DNA from: Rhizophagus irregularis
Lineage: Eukaryota
Reading direction: 5' to 3'
DNA length: 64,000 bases
Assembly (NCBI RefSeq): GCF_026210795.1
Contig: NC_089429.1
Span: forward strand, 930,001 to 994,000
The notes under the pieces are model-generated. The model was not told the DNA's origin, ran no database searches, and saw nothing but the letters and a program-made list of their open reading frames with translations. Both the position numbers and the translations under genes were made by a program. Shown piece by piece: positions 1-13,653 of this stretch. Numbering within the stretch: the first letter of the stretch is position 1; every line of letters starts with the position of its first letter.

Positions 1-404
1 TTTTGGACGAAAATTTTTTCCGTTAATTTTTATACAGTATACGCGCGGAAAAAAATTTAAGTATGTAATATATATTTTGCGTTAAAAAAAAAATAATATA
101 TTAATTATATATATATTGAGTTTATTTGATTTAACATTGCATTACCAGTAATGTGACTAATATTTATTTTTAACCACAGAGAAACCAATAAGTATGTAGT
201 TTTATAAAGTTAACCCAAAGATAAGATTTTCTGGTAATTTTTATCTTTAAGGGGAAAAAATTTTAGTCGATCATCCCATTTTGACCAGATTTTCGCCAAA
301 ATTTTCCCATTCCATTTTTAAAAATCACCACATGCACAGTTGCCGTGGATACAAAAAAAATTGCCTTTTTGGTAAAAAAGTCTCCAGTTAATCTTTATAT
401 TATT

Positions 405-470
405 ATGTACTTGTACATGTACATGAACATGAACATGAACATGAACATGTACAGTACATGTACATGTACA
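405..470. repeat. Microsatellite (CATGAA/CATGTA)n
   Basis: gtacatgtacatgaacatgaacatgaacatgaacatgtacagtacatgtacatgtac. Confidence 0.85.
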
Positions 471-604
471 GAGAAAGTGAACATTCACTATGGAAACTTT
501 TTGCGCTGAGTTTAACTGTGCTGCTCAAAAAGAATGTTAACTTGACAGATCATGAAATAGTATGTTGATCATTTTTTATTAAAATGTGAAAAAAAAAAAA
601 AAAT

Positions 605-2630
605 TTGACGTTTTTGTGATTGAAAAATCAAAAAAAAATTAATTTTTTTTAATCAAAACGTCAGACTTGACGTTTTTGTGATTGAAAAATCAAAAATAAT
701 TGATTTTTTTAATCAACTTGACGTTTCTGTGATTAAAAAATCAAAAAAAATGATTTTTTTAATCAAAAACGTCAGACTTGACGTTTTTGTGATTAAAAAA
801 TAAAAAAAATGATTTTTTTAATCAAAAATGTCAGACTTGACGTTTTTGTGATTAAAAAATAAAAAAAAATGATTTTTTTAATCAAAAACGTCAGACTTGA
901 CGTTTTTGTGATTAAAAAATCAAAAAAAAAATGATTTTTTTAATCAAAAACGTCAGACTTGACGTTTTTGTGATTAAAAAATCAAAAAAAATGATTTTTT
1001 TAATCAAAAACGTCAGACTTGACGCTTTTGTGATTAAAAAATCAAAAAAAATGATTTTTTTAATCAAAAACGTCAGACTTGACGTTTTTGTGATTAAAAA
1101 ATCAAAAAAAATGATTTTTTTAATCAAAAACGTCAGACTTGACGTTTTTGTGATTAAAAAATCATTTTTTTTGATTTTTATTAGCTAAGAACGTCAGACT
1201 TGACGTTTTTGTTATTAAAAATCAAGAAAATTTGATTTTTATTAGCTAAGAACGTCAGACTTGACGTTTTTGTTATTAAAAATCAAGGAAATTTGATTTT
1301 TATTAGCTAAGAATGTCAGACTTGACGTTTTTGTGATTAAAAAATCATTTTTTTTGATTTTTATTAGCTAAGAACGTCAGACTTGACGTTTTTGTTATTA
1401 AAAATCAAGAAAATTTGATTTTTATTAGCTAAGAACGTCAGACTTGACGTTTTTGTTATTAAAAAATCATTTTTTTTGATTTTTATTAGCTAAGAACGTC
1501 AGACTTGACGTTTTTGTTATTAAAAATCAAGAAAATTTGATTTTTATTAGCTAAGAACGTCAGACTTGACGTTTTTGTTATTAAAAATCAAGGAAAAATG
1601 ATTTTTATTAGCTAAAAACGTCAGACTTGACGTTTTTGTTATTAAAAATCAAGGAAAAATGATTTTTATTAGCTAAAAACGTCAGACTTGACGTTTTTGT
1701 TATTAAAAATCAAGGAAATTTGATTTTTATTAGCTAAGAATGTCAGACTTGACGTTTTTGTGATTAAAAAATCATTTTTTTTGATTTTTATTAGCTAAGA
1801 ACGTCAGACTTGACGTTTTTGTTATTAAAAATCAAGAAAATTTGATTTTTATTAGCTAAGAACGTCAGACTTGACGTTTTTGTTATTAAAAAATCATTTT
1901 TTTTGATTTTTATTAGCTAAGAACGTCAGACTTGACGTTTTTGTTATTAAAAATCAAGAAAATTTGATTTTTATTAGCTAAGAACGTCAGACTTGACGTT
2001 TTTGTTATTAAAAATCAAGGAAAAATGATTTTTATTAGCTAAAAACGTCAGACTTGACGTTTTTGTTATTAAAAATCAAGGAAAAATGATTTTTATTAGC
2101 TAAAAACGTCAGACTTGACGTTTTTGTTATTAAAAATCAAGGAAATTTGATTTTTATTAGCTAAGAATGTCAGACTTGACGTTTTTGTGATTAAAAAATC
2201 ATTTTTTTTGATTTTTATTAGCTAAGAACGTCAGACTTGACGTTTTTGTTATTAAAAATCAAGAAAATTTGATTTTTATTAGCTAAGAACGTCAGACTTG
2301 ACGTTTTTGTTATTAAAAAATCATTTTTTTTGATTTTTATTAGCTAAGAACGTCAGACTTGACGTTTTTGTTATTAAAAATCAAGAAAATTTGATTTTTA
2401 TTAGCTAAGAATGTCAGACTTGACGTTTTTGTTATTAAAAATCAAGGAAAAATGATTTTTATTAGCTAAAAACGTCAGACTTGACGTTTTTGTTATTAAA
2501 AATCAAGGAAAAATGATTTTTATTAGCTAAAAACGTCAGACTTGACGTTTTTGTTATTAAAAATCAAGGAAAAATGATTTTTATTAGCTAAAAACGTCAT
2601 ACTTGACGTTTTTGTTAGCTAAAAATCAAA
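605..2630. repeat. Tandem satellite array, ~60-61 bp monomer with palindromic core AAAACGTCA-GACT-TGACGTTTT
   Basis: About 33 head-to-tail copies are directly visible. The 'gaatgtcaga' variant recurs at 1311, 1738 and 2165 (427-bp higher-order period). Confidence 0.95.
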
Positions 2631-2636
2631 AAAAAA

Positions 2637-4110
2637 TAGTGTACTTTTGTAAAAGTATACTAATAAATTAATAAAAGATTTTTTTATAAACAATAGATAG
2701 TGTTTAGTGAGATTTATAAAAAAATTTAATTTTAATAATAGTTTGGTATAAAAAAATTTTCTAGGATTTTTTTTTTAATAATATAATGGTATAGTACAAT
2801 AGATAGATATAATAAAATTTTCTGGGATTTATTTTAATAACAATAGGTATGATAACATTTTTGGTGATTTTTTTTTAACATTAAACAATAGATTGGTATC
2901 ATAGTACAATAGATTTATTTAATAAGATTTTTGTGATTTTTTTAATAACAATAAATTGGTAATAACAATCATTAACTTATTAAGTTAATAATTGTTTTTT
3001 AGTAAAATTTTTTCCAGTAATACTAATACTACTAATAGGTAATAGATAACTTAATAAACTTTTATAAAATAGATTAAGATATATAAAAAAAATTTGAGAT
3101 TTTTTTAAACAATAGATTGGTATAGTACAATGAATAGATATAAAAAAATTTTCTGAATTTTTTTTTTTAATAATAGATTGATATAAATATATTTTCTGAA
3201 CCTTTTTTTTAACAATAGAGTCATTAGATGAATATAAAAAATTTTTTGATAACAACAGATTGGTATGTTATAACTTATAATGGATAGATATAAAGAATTT
3301 TCTAAGATTTTTTATTAATACAATAGATCAGTTTCTGGAATTTTTTATGGCAAATTAATTGGTATAGTACAAAAGATACTAGGTATAAAATTTCTTGGGA
3401 TTTATTTTAACAACAATAGGTATGATAAAATTTTTGGTGACTTTTTTTTAATAACAATAGATTGGTAATAGACAATTATTACTGCGACTAGTAATTATTG
3501 AAAACCAATATGATTTGCCAATTCATTATCAGTTCAGTTTTTAATGTTTTTGCAACATTTTTTATTGTCTATTACCAATCTATTGTTATTAAAAAAAAAC
3601 ACAAAAAATTTTATTAAATCAATCCATTGTACTGTACCATCCATTATACTATGATACCAATCTATTATTGTTATTAAAAAAAAATAATCACCAAAAATTT
3701 AGCATACCTATTGTTATTAATATAAATCTCAGAAAATTTTATTATATCTATCTATTGTACTATACCATTAAAAAAATCTTGGAAAATTTTTTTATTAACC
3801 TTATTAAATGTAATCTATTGTTTTATTTATATTACTTATCAGTAATATTAGTGTTACTGTGAACTATAAAAAAAATCTTACTAAAAACAATTATTAACTT
3901 CAGTTAATAAGTTAATTGTTTATTACCAATATATTGTTATTAAAAAAAATCATAGAAAATTTTTTTATATCAAACTATTATTAAAAAAAAATCTCATTAA
4001 ATTTTTTTATAAATCTCACTAACACAATCTATTGTTATAAAAAAATCTTTTATTAATTTATTAGTATACTTTCAAAAATAAACTCACTCACTATATCCAA
4101 AAGTACACTA
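2637..4110. mobile_element. Foldback-like long imperfect inverted-repeat element (~1.5 kb)
   Basis: Termini TAGTGTACTTTTG ... CAAAAGTACACTA. The arms are reverse-complementary over long blocks (aagtatactaataaattaataaaagattttt vs aaaaatcttttattaatttattagtatactt; repeated aacaatagattggta vs taccaatctattgtt). Confidence 0.7.
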
Positions 4111-4962
4111 GTTATTTAATAAAATAAAATCTGTTCTCCGTTTATTCATATAAAAAATCAAGAGAATTTAATCTTCGATATAAGATTTGAAAAAAATAAA
4201 CCAATCATTAATAAAACGTTGGTTTATGTCTAAGAAATGTTAAAAACAGTCAGATTAAACAATAATTATTTAAGAATTTAGTAAAAAGAAAATTATTATA
4301 AATAAGCTAAATTAATTGCATATGAAAAACATTGTTAATGAGGTTGTATAGTACAACATCAATATATTTAAATATCCGAAATTTAACAAATTTAGCAAAA
4401 AGATCGAAAAAGGGAAAATTGCACCCATTTATCTCAAGTTACTTTGAAACAATTCCAATTTCCAAATTCTTCTCTTGACTAAATATTTAACTTCTAGAAT
4501 GGATCGAATACTATGATAGATTTGAAATAATTTCTGGTTGAAAATGTTTCACATTATACTGTATGATTCCCATATAAATCATATTATAATAACATTTTTA
4601 GTTCTTTCGTTATAATTAATAATTTTGATTTTTGAGTTAAATTTTTGATGGTCGCAGAGTTTAAAAATTTATATATCGCGTAAAAGTTTAGCCTAGTAAT
4701 TTTGCCGATAACTTTTTAACTTACTATACTTAGTTATTTTAACATTTAATCTTACCTATTATGGAGATTTAAATAAAATTGCCAGAATTGAATAAATTTA
4801 ATTGCCGATCAGGAATGTTCTGTGTATTTTAACTAGTCTTTTTTTAAAATCAATTGCAACATAAAATAACGTTTCTCCTCATTATTTTTGTATTATTTTT
4901 TTTATGTAATTTTTACATACGAATTAATAACATATTTTTTATTTAATAAATTGTTTATTAAA

Positions 4963-6586
4963 ATGGATGAAATTAAATTAAGCGATGATGTATTTGAACA
5001 AATAAAAGACTTCAGATATTGGTATTTGACTAAAGAACAAGAATCGTTAATTGATAAATTAATAACAGACGAAGAATTAAAGGAACGTTATAAAAAAAAT
5101 GGTTTATGTAATAAGTGTAAACAACCTAATACTAATTATCCTTATTGTCAGCCATGTAATTCTAAAAGTTTTCAACAAAATTTCAAAAATTGGACAAGTG
5201 GAAATCATAGCGTTGATGAATTTATTCAAAAAGCACAGTTAGAAGCTAATGATGTGCATCAAATCTTAGAGTGGATTGAATATGATGAATTTGAAGGTGT
5301 TGAATATTTAGCAAAAGGGGGATTTGGAACTACTTTTAAAGCAGTTTGGGAATATGGTCCCATTAATTGGGATTTTGAAAAAAATCAATTGGTAAGAAGT
5401 GGTGAAACAGAAGTTGCTTTAAAATGTTTGTATAACTCACAAGACATCACAAAAGATTTTTTAAATGAAGTAAGATATTTTCTTATAATCTTTATTAACT
5501 TTTTAATATAAATGTTAAGCTAACTACAATTTTTCTTTTAAGGTTGAATCAAATATTTTAGTATGTGATTCTGATTCTGTAGTTCGTTGTTTTGGTATTA
5601 CCAAAGATCCAAAAACAAATAATTTTATGATGGTGATGGATTTAAAAGTTGGTAGTTTAAGACAACATTTAAATAAGAATTTCATTTCACTGAGTTGGAG
5701 TCAAAAGATGACGAGTTTATTAGGTATTGCAAATGGCCTTCTTGATATTCATAATAAAGGATTAATTCATCATGATTTTCATTCTGGAAATATATTAAGC
5801 GATTTTGATGCAACTACTTATATTACTGATTTGGGATTATGTCAACCGGCAAATGTCGAATTCTCTCAAAATAGTAATAAAAAAATATATGGTGTATTAC
5901 CTTATGTAGCTCCAGAAGTTTTAAAAGGAAAAGAATATACTCAAAAAAGTGATATTTATGGATTTGGAATCATTGCATATGAAATTTGTACAGGTTTCCC
6001 TCCTTATTATGATATAGCTCATGATGAATTCTTAGCAATGAAAATTTGTGAGGGGTTAAGACCAAAGTGTAATTACAAAATTCCTCAAATAATTTTTGAT
6101 ATTATTAATCAATGTTGGGATGCAGACCCTTTAAAACGACCTAGTGCAATTGAATTACGAGAGTTAACAAGGGAATTTTTTTATGATACTATTGAAACTT
6201 CTGAGATTTTTAAACAAATTAGAGAAGCAGATATAATTAATGAAAAGTTATCTTTTTCATCACCTTTAATATCTACTGGTACTACATTATATATGACACA
6301 TCCTCAAGCAGTTTACACAAGTAGACTTTTAGATTTTAAAAATCTTCCAGTACCAAAAAATGCTAATTATAATGATGATTTACTTGGAATAGAATATTCA
6401 GGTAAGCATAGGTAGTTTTTATAGTAAGATAGTTTTATAATGCTAACAACTAATATCTTTAGATTCCTTAAGAATGGATTTTACTGAACTTGATATTAAT
6501 TCTAAACGTAATTAATTTTACATGTGATTTTTTGATCTTATATTTTTTTAATTAACCTATTTTTTATTATAGATGAAAGAAATTAA
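4963..6586 (+). CDS. Tyrosine-kinase-like (TKL) protein kinase with N-terminal CxxC..CxxC module; 4 exons (4963-5469, 5543-6401, 6463-6507, 6573-6586)
   Basis: AKGGFG loop, VALK, HHDFHSGN, DLG, YVAPE, SDIYGFG and CWDADPLKRP motifs. GT-AG introns join the two ORFs in frame. Confidence 0.9.
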
Positions 6587-6824
6587 ACACACTTAAATGA
6601 AAACATTTAGTATCACATTAAAAATCATAATAGATATAATTTATTTTTATTTTATTTTGAACTTTAATGTTTTTTCTGGGACATTTGATGGAAATATAGT
6701 ATTATATTTATCAATTATTTATTTGAAGATTGATATTGTAATGAAGTTAACAATAATTTTTTTATTAATAAATTTATCACATTATATTATCTAAAATTGA
6801 TAGTAAATAAATCACTAAGTATTA

Positions 6825-6911
6825 GTTATTTACTAATCTAGTAGTATATAAATGGGTTATCATCCGAAGGATGATGGCCCATTTATATACTAAACTAGAT
6901 CAGTAAATAAC
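6825..6911. repeat. Imperfect hairpin/palindrome with c(GAA)g triloop
   Basis: gttatttactaatctagtagtatataaatgggttatcatcc-gaa-ggatgatggcccatttatatactaaactagatcagtaaataac. Confidence 0.8.
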
Positions 6912-9531
6912 TTTTTTATCATCCTAGATATACTAATTGGTCCGCCAGTTTATAACTGGCGGAAAAAATCCTAAATACCAATTAGTAGCCAGGTGATAAT
7001 ATTACAGTTATATACTGTAAGTAATGAGTATTATGTCGGTTATCAGTCAGTCAGGCGGTTAGTCAAACCAGTCGGTCAAATAGTCAGTCAGAAGTTTTTG
7101 ACTGACCAATATCAGTCGCGGTTTATGGCTGGTTATAACTGGTTATAACTAATTTCTGCCATATTCATTTTAATTTTACAAATTTTACAAATTTAAAAAT
7201 TGTAAATACTGAATCGTTAAAGGCCAGTCGTTATACAAGTCATTTCAACGCATCCATTTAGTTGGCAACGGTCGTAGCTTTACAGTCCCCGAAATGTTTG
7301 GCTCAATATTCTTTTTTTTTTTATTTATTTTAGCCACTATGAACTTTACCTTACGGAAATTCGTTAGTAGATTTTTTTCTAGAACGAAAAGTAATATTTA
7401 TATTTTATATGAGATAAAATGAAAAAAAAAAAATTTTTTTTTCATATGGTCCCGCAAAACAGCTACTTAAAAAGATCTGATAAACATCGGAACGTTACGC
7501 AAATACGTAAAAGAGATGTCATTTTATATTATATTAAAAAATTCCCACTTTTTTAAATTCTTGCAAATTTCTATACTAACAATTCTGTTCTTGGCTATCA
7601 CTATGCTAGCTATTTCCATACCCTTCTACAAGCTTCTACAAGCACGAAATAAACTATACAATATTTCCACCAATTTAAATCACTCCCACTTACATAAATT
7701 ACATCGATTTCAGCAAAGAATTTCTCATAGGTTAAGTAATTTCACAGCGTAAATTTGGGAGATTAGTGATGGGATAAAAAAATAAGCAATATTTCCAATT
7801 CTATACTTTAATCTTTATAATATTCCAGTCCGCCTCATACTGTATCCTTTGTGTTCAAGAAATTTTTTTTTTCGTAAGTACAATTTTGCGCCAAACATTA
7901 AAGAATTTGGCACGTGCCATCACGGGAATTTATTTGTGATACTGCGTAGTGGTCAGATTTTCTTGGCGAAACAAGAGTAATATGTCCGTTTCATTTTAGA
8001 ACATCTATAAAGGCGGGAAATTTGATTAATATTGTGATGACATGTTTCAAGAGGCTAGACGAATAATAAACAAACCTACCTTATTATTACTTTGTGAAAG
8101 GTACGAGTTCATTTAATTGTAATATCGATGATGCAAATAATGGTATGTTTGAATTTTATTAGAATTTTTGTTTGATTTTTCGCATGATTCTTGCTTATAT
8201 TCGCACAAGATTGACTAACCGGAGTGGCGGAGTGGCACTTTTCATATGATTCGTAGCAAAAATAGAAATTAATTTTATCAGCAAATCCTAACAAATTAGT
8301 TATATAATTAATATAATTATAAAAATGAAGAGACAAATGAAAATTTAAAAAATATGATAAAAATTTCGTAAAGAAATAAGATTTTAATACTGAATGATTG
8401 AATTAATTTGATTTAATAATGTATTAGATGCAATATTATTATGCCTATAATGAGTAATTTGGAAGTTATCTAGATTAAAAATTGGAATAATTTTTTTTTT
8501 AAGTTTGTGAATCATCAGGATATTCTTCAGAATTTTATATAAATGGCGGTTATAATTGTCTCACCGTTTAATACTTACTATTAGGAATTACTATTGACTG
8601 ATATCCCTTTTCGCCCTACTTTCCTTTTTTTTTTGCAATAAAAGTGAATATAAAGTGATAAACAAAAAGTCCTCATAAAATAGATACTGTCATCTATCAT
8701 ATCATTGTATTCAAAAAGGGATATATCTTATCATCTCCGTAATACTTTGATTTTAAATTTATAAACTCATTATACAATAAATTAACTTTGAATAGTATTT
8801 TATTGTGCTATATTTATATCGAAATATTATGCGACTAAAATTTAATCATTAAAATTGAATTTTGATTACTATTTTTTGAAACTTTAAATTTCGACTCATT
8901 AAACATAATAACTAAAAGTAAAATTTAAGCACAATTAAATATAAGTAATATTAATTTTATTAAAATTATTAATTTAGTTAACTTAAGAGAGAAAAAAAGA
9001 CAATTGATGATATTAGTTTAAAAAAATTGATCGACATGTGATTTTTTTTACTGGAATTTATTGATATCATATTCAATCATCATCATCAATACGGATCCAA
9101 TTGAGATAGATTTTGAAAATTTTATTTTATGAATTTATAGTGTGATTGATATATTGAATTCTATGAGGATTTGATTAATAAATTCTTATTTCCAAAGCAT
9201 CATTTTTTAGAAATACATTTCATTAATTTCGTAGAAAATAATTTTAAAACTTTTTTTTTTGTACAATCTTTAATGTTATTTAGTGCCTCTGTATTTTTAC
9301 ATCATATTTTTACAAGAAATAAATAAATAAATAAAAATGATCTTACAAGTTAAATGAAAAGTTAAGAACCTTTATTTAATTTGCTTATGATCAGATGACA
9401 ATGTAGCACAATGACAGGTAGATCAGTAGACAATACTAAATTTTGTTGGTCGCACCAGTTTTACCGTCAATGGAAACTTTATTTTTTTTAACAACTATTA
9501 TTAAAAAAAAAAAAATTTTTTTTTTACAAAA

Positions 9532-11814
9532 ATGTCTAATATTCGAATGAATTTAATAGAAGCAGCACTTACGAGAGCACATTTATTAATTGATTATAAT
9601 ATTTGTGTTGGCTTTCATAAACAATACGAATTTTGTGAACAAAAAATTCTTGATGATGATTCTCTTACAGAAGAAGAAAAAACTGAAGCAATAAGATTAA
9701 ATAATAAAGGTTATGACCGAGATAAAATTACTTATAATTTAGGGACAAGAAGAATTTGTGAAAATTGTAACCAAAAATGTTTGGCTACATTATATTGTGA
9801 ATATTGTATTCGAAATTATTTAAAAGCAAACTTCTCAAATTGGACATCTGGAAATAATGATATTGATGATTTAATAAAAAAATGTCAAATGGAGACAAAT
9901 AACCCAGCAATAGTAATTGAATGGATCCCATATAATAATTTAGAAAATATTAAATATCTGACAAAAGGTGGATTCTCAGAGATTTATACAGCAAAATGGA
10001 TTGGTGGACAATATGAAGAATGGGATTCTAAAGTGCAACAATTAGTAAGAGTTGGAACTTGTAATGTAATACTTAAAGAATTAAAAAATGTTGAAAATGC
10101 AAGTCAAAGTTGGTTTGAAGAGGTTTGTAACTTAAAATATTTAAAGAACTTAAACTTAAAATTTAATAATTAATAATAAATTTTATTATTTTTTTAAAGG
10201 CTAAATCACATTTAACTTTAAGTAACAAACGTTCAGAGATTGTTCAATGTTATGGTATAACACAAAATCCATCACATGGAAATTATATTCTTGTAATGAA
10301 TAAATGTGATATTAATTTAAGAGAATATTTACAACAAAATCATAATCAACTTACATGGAATGAAAGAATTAGAATTGCTTTTGAAATAATTGATGCATTT
10401 GATTCTATTCATAAAGAGAATTCAATTCATAGAGATTTGCATTCTGGAAATATATTATATTCCCAGTTTTATGATCTTTGGCGAATTAGTGATCTTGGAT
10501 TTTGTGGTCCTGCAGACAAACCATCAACTAGTATATATGGAATTCTTCCTTACATAGCACCTGAAGTTATTATTGGAAGAGGATATACTTTTAAATCTGA
10601 TATTTATAGTATTGCAATGCTTATGTGGGAAATTTCATCTGGACAACCACCATTTATGAATTATGAACATGATTGTAATCTTGCAATTAATATTATTAAT
10701 GGTATGAGACCAAAAATTATATCAGAAATTCCTTTAAAATATAAAAGTTTAATGGAACAATGTTGGGATGCTAATCCATTAAAAAGACCTGATGCTAATA
10801 CACTATTGGAGAAGATAAGAGAAATTAAAACATATTATCAAAATAATCCAAATGAATTACCTCAATTAATAGCAAAAGTAGATAAAGAAAAAATTAACAT
10901 GAATAGTAAATTATTTACAAGTAAAATTTATAATTTTGAAAATCTATCTGAACCAAAAAATGCAACAGAAGGTATAATTTTTTCATATATTATTAATTTA
11001 ATCTTCTTTTTAATATAAGTATTATTAATAATATCTTCTTTTTATAAATAATAATAGAACAAAAAGGTAATATAAAGATAAAATGTTTTAGTTTAAGTTC
11101 CTTTATTAATTAATAAATAAATTGATTTTTTTTTAAAAAATAGCATTTTATATCACTAGATCATATGATTTTGGTATTTCTAGCAATAGTAAGTATTTAT
11201 TAAAATTATGTTGAATTTTATATAATAAATATTAAATGATCCATTTTATTATAGCTAGTAATCTTAGTAAATCGAGTAATCAATATATATCAATTAGTTC
11301 CAATGGTAATTTATTCTTATTAGTGTTTTATAATAAATAAATACTAATTTACTGTATATCTTAATTTTAGATAATGATAGTAAAGAATCACCAAGATTAT
11401 CCAAAAAATTAAAAATAGAGAACGGTAAAGCCTTAAAATATTTATTTATTATATATCGATTCTAATTTTCTTATAATATTTTCGTTGATGAGTATATTAA
11501 TAAAATTTGATTTATTGATAATAGTAGACGTTCAAAATGACTATGAGAGAGAATTCATGCAACGACGATCAAATATTGGTACTAATGGTAAGCTATATTT
11601 ATTAAATTATTTATAAGATAAATTAGGTCATTATTCTAATTTATTTTACTTTTACAGATGAAGTACAAAATAATCCAAGCCTTCATTCAGAACAAAATAC
11701 TAAATCAGAAATTCTCGATGGTTTGTTTTATTATTTAGTATTTTTAACAATATGATATTAAAATAATAAATTACATTTATTTACTAATCTATCCATTTTA
11801 TAGATGAATCTTAA
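9532..11814 (+). CDS. TKL protein kinase, multi-exon (9532-10122, 10200-10971, then short phase-1 exons including a 9-nt micro-exon 11058-11066; stop at 11812-11814)
   Basis: CENC..CEYC module, TKGGFS, HRDLHSGN, DLG, YIAPE and CWDANPLKRP motifs. A chain of GT-AG-flanked small exons gives an open C-terminal tail. The 3' exon structure is inferred. Confidence 0.88.
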
Positions 11815-13556
11815 ATTAATTTACAATTTGACAATATGAATTCAAATTCATTTTTATTATTTATTTTACGTTGAATTATTTAAACACTAAGATTATAGAG
11901 TAATAGGAAGATTCTTAGTTTGTAATTTAAATAATTTAGTCATTCTTATTTTTTTTATAGGATTATTCAATTATTAAATAAAGAAATTATTTATTATTAT
12001 AAATTTATAAGTATTTATTACATCATTATAAAATATCATACACGAGTGATATAATTTTGCAAAAAAATGTGTAAAATTTAAGTGAATAATAAGAAATATT
12101 TTAATTGACCGATTATAATCTTTTATTCGATGTTAAATCATATAATCATTTATGGATTACATAATAAATGTATTTATTAAAAATTCTTACTCATTAGCCA
12201 TTTTCAAAATGGTTTAGTATTATTCATATGAAAGCTGGGAATAATAGGTTTTTTACCCTTTTGGAAAAAAACCCTAGTGTTTCCTGAAATAAATACTAGG
12301 TAATCCCCTGGAGCGCGTCACTCATTAAATACTGTATGTAACATGTGATTGACTATTTTAAACTATTTAACTATTTTAAACTATAATTAGAGATTTCTCG
12401 GCTATCTATATTAGACCGGGAAATAAATATCCCGGTCACTTGTAAATTCAGCGCAATTATCAAAAATTGGTATGAAGGTAATCATTAGTGACACTTAATG
12501 CAACAGGTTAATTTATATAACCACATTTAAATTCAATATTTGATTAAATATATATCCAGTTTCATTCTGTAATCTGGCAACCAATTTCAACCAAAATATT
12601 CATTTTGAGTATGTTATTTAAATTTTAATGTTGACAATATGAAAAATATTCAAACGCTGTAAGTATTACATATAAAAGAATTTTATTTAGTATTTCCTTA
12701 TAAATTAACTAATAAACATACTATACATATTATTCCAACAGTAAAAATTTTCAAGAGAAATTTATTGTTATCATCCGTAAAAAATTCTTTTTTCAGTAGA
12801 TAAAAAACTTTATACAATATAAAGAGATCAAAAACTTTATTAAGAGTAATAATATGCATAATATTCATTGTATATAGATATCAAGAATTGCATCCCCATT
12901 ATAACTTATCAGGCTAGAAATAAGACTATTCCCAACTTAGTGTAAGGAGAAGTGGAATTTCCTTTCTGATACAATAAAATAATCTGATTATCTAAGTGAT
13001 TTCAATAGCAATTTAAACTCCAATCTTCTACTTGTTTGCTTTTAACGAAGTGTTAGTAATATTTCCTAAAATAGCAAAAGGAAAAGAATTAAATCATGAA
13101 AACATTATATCAAAATGATAAATATTGACCATATGAATTAAATGAAAGTAAAGGTAAAAGTAGAATTAATTTAAATAATTGGACTAAAGGAATATTAATT
13201 AATATTAATATACGGCTCTATAGGACCATCATGTACACGTTGTACCAATATTCTGCACGTCATGCTTAATATAGCGATTATAACGTGCTCAATATTATTA
13301 AATGCAAATTTATATAATTATGAAGTTTATAAAATACAGTATATGATTATAGATATTATTAAAAATGCATAAAATAAAAAAGATAATGTTTTAATATTAG
13401 CATAACAATCAAATATTCATAAAAATATATTACTCTTTCTTTTGACATTATTTATGTACTAAAAGATTCAATAAAGGTGATTTAGAAAGAGAAGAAGAAA
13501 TAAACTAATAAAGTATAAAAAAAGTTTAATGATGGTCATTCTGATCCGTATATTAA

Positions 13557-13653
13557 TTGTATGTTATTGTACGGGCGTGCTTAATAATGATCTGATGTGG
13601 CACTCCGTGCCACATCATACCATTATCAAGCACGCCCGTACAATAACATACAA
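13557..13653. repeat. Near-perfect 97-nt GC-enriched hairpin
   Basis: ttgtatgttattgtacgggcgtgctt..tgatgtggcac-TCC-gtgccacatca..aagcacgcccgtacaataacatacaa. Confidence 0.9.

Noticed and set aside
912..1188. Repetitive ORFs (MIFLIKNVRLDVFVIKKSKK)n, also at 19224-20085
   Set aside because: Translations of the satellite; the frame is broken by homopolymer length variation.
605..2630. CRISPR-like appearance of palindromic repeats
   Set aside because: No unique spacers, no cas genes, and a eukaryotic context.
8870..9070. Weak similarity to 14030-14215
   Set aside because: Short AT-rich matches; at most an old dispersed repeat.
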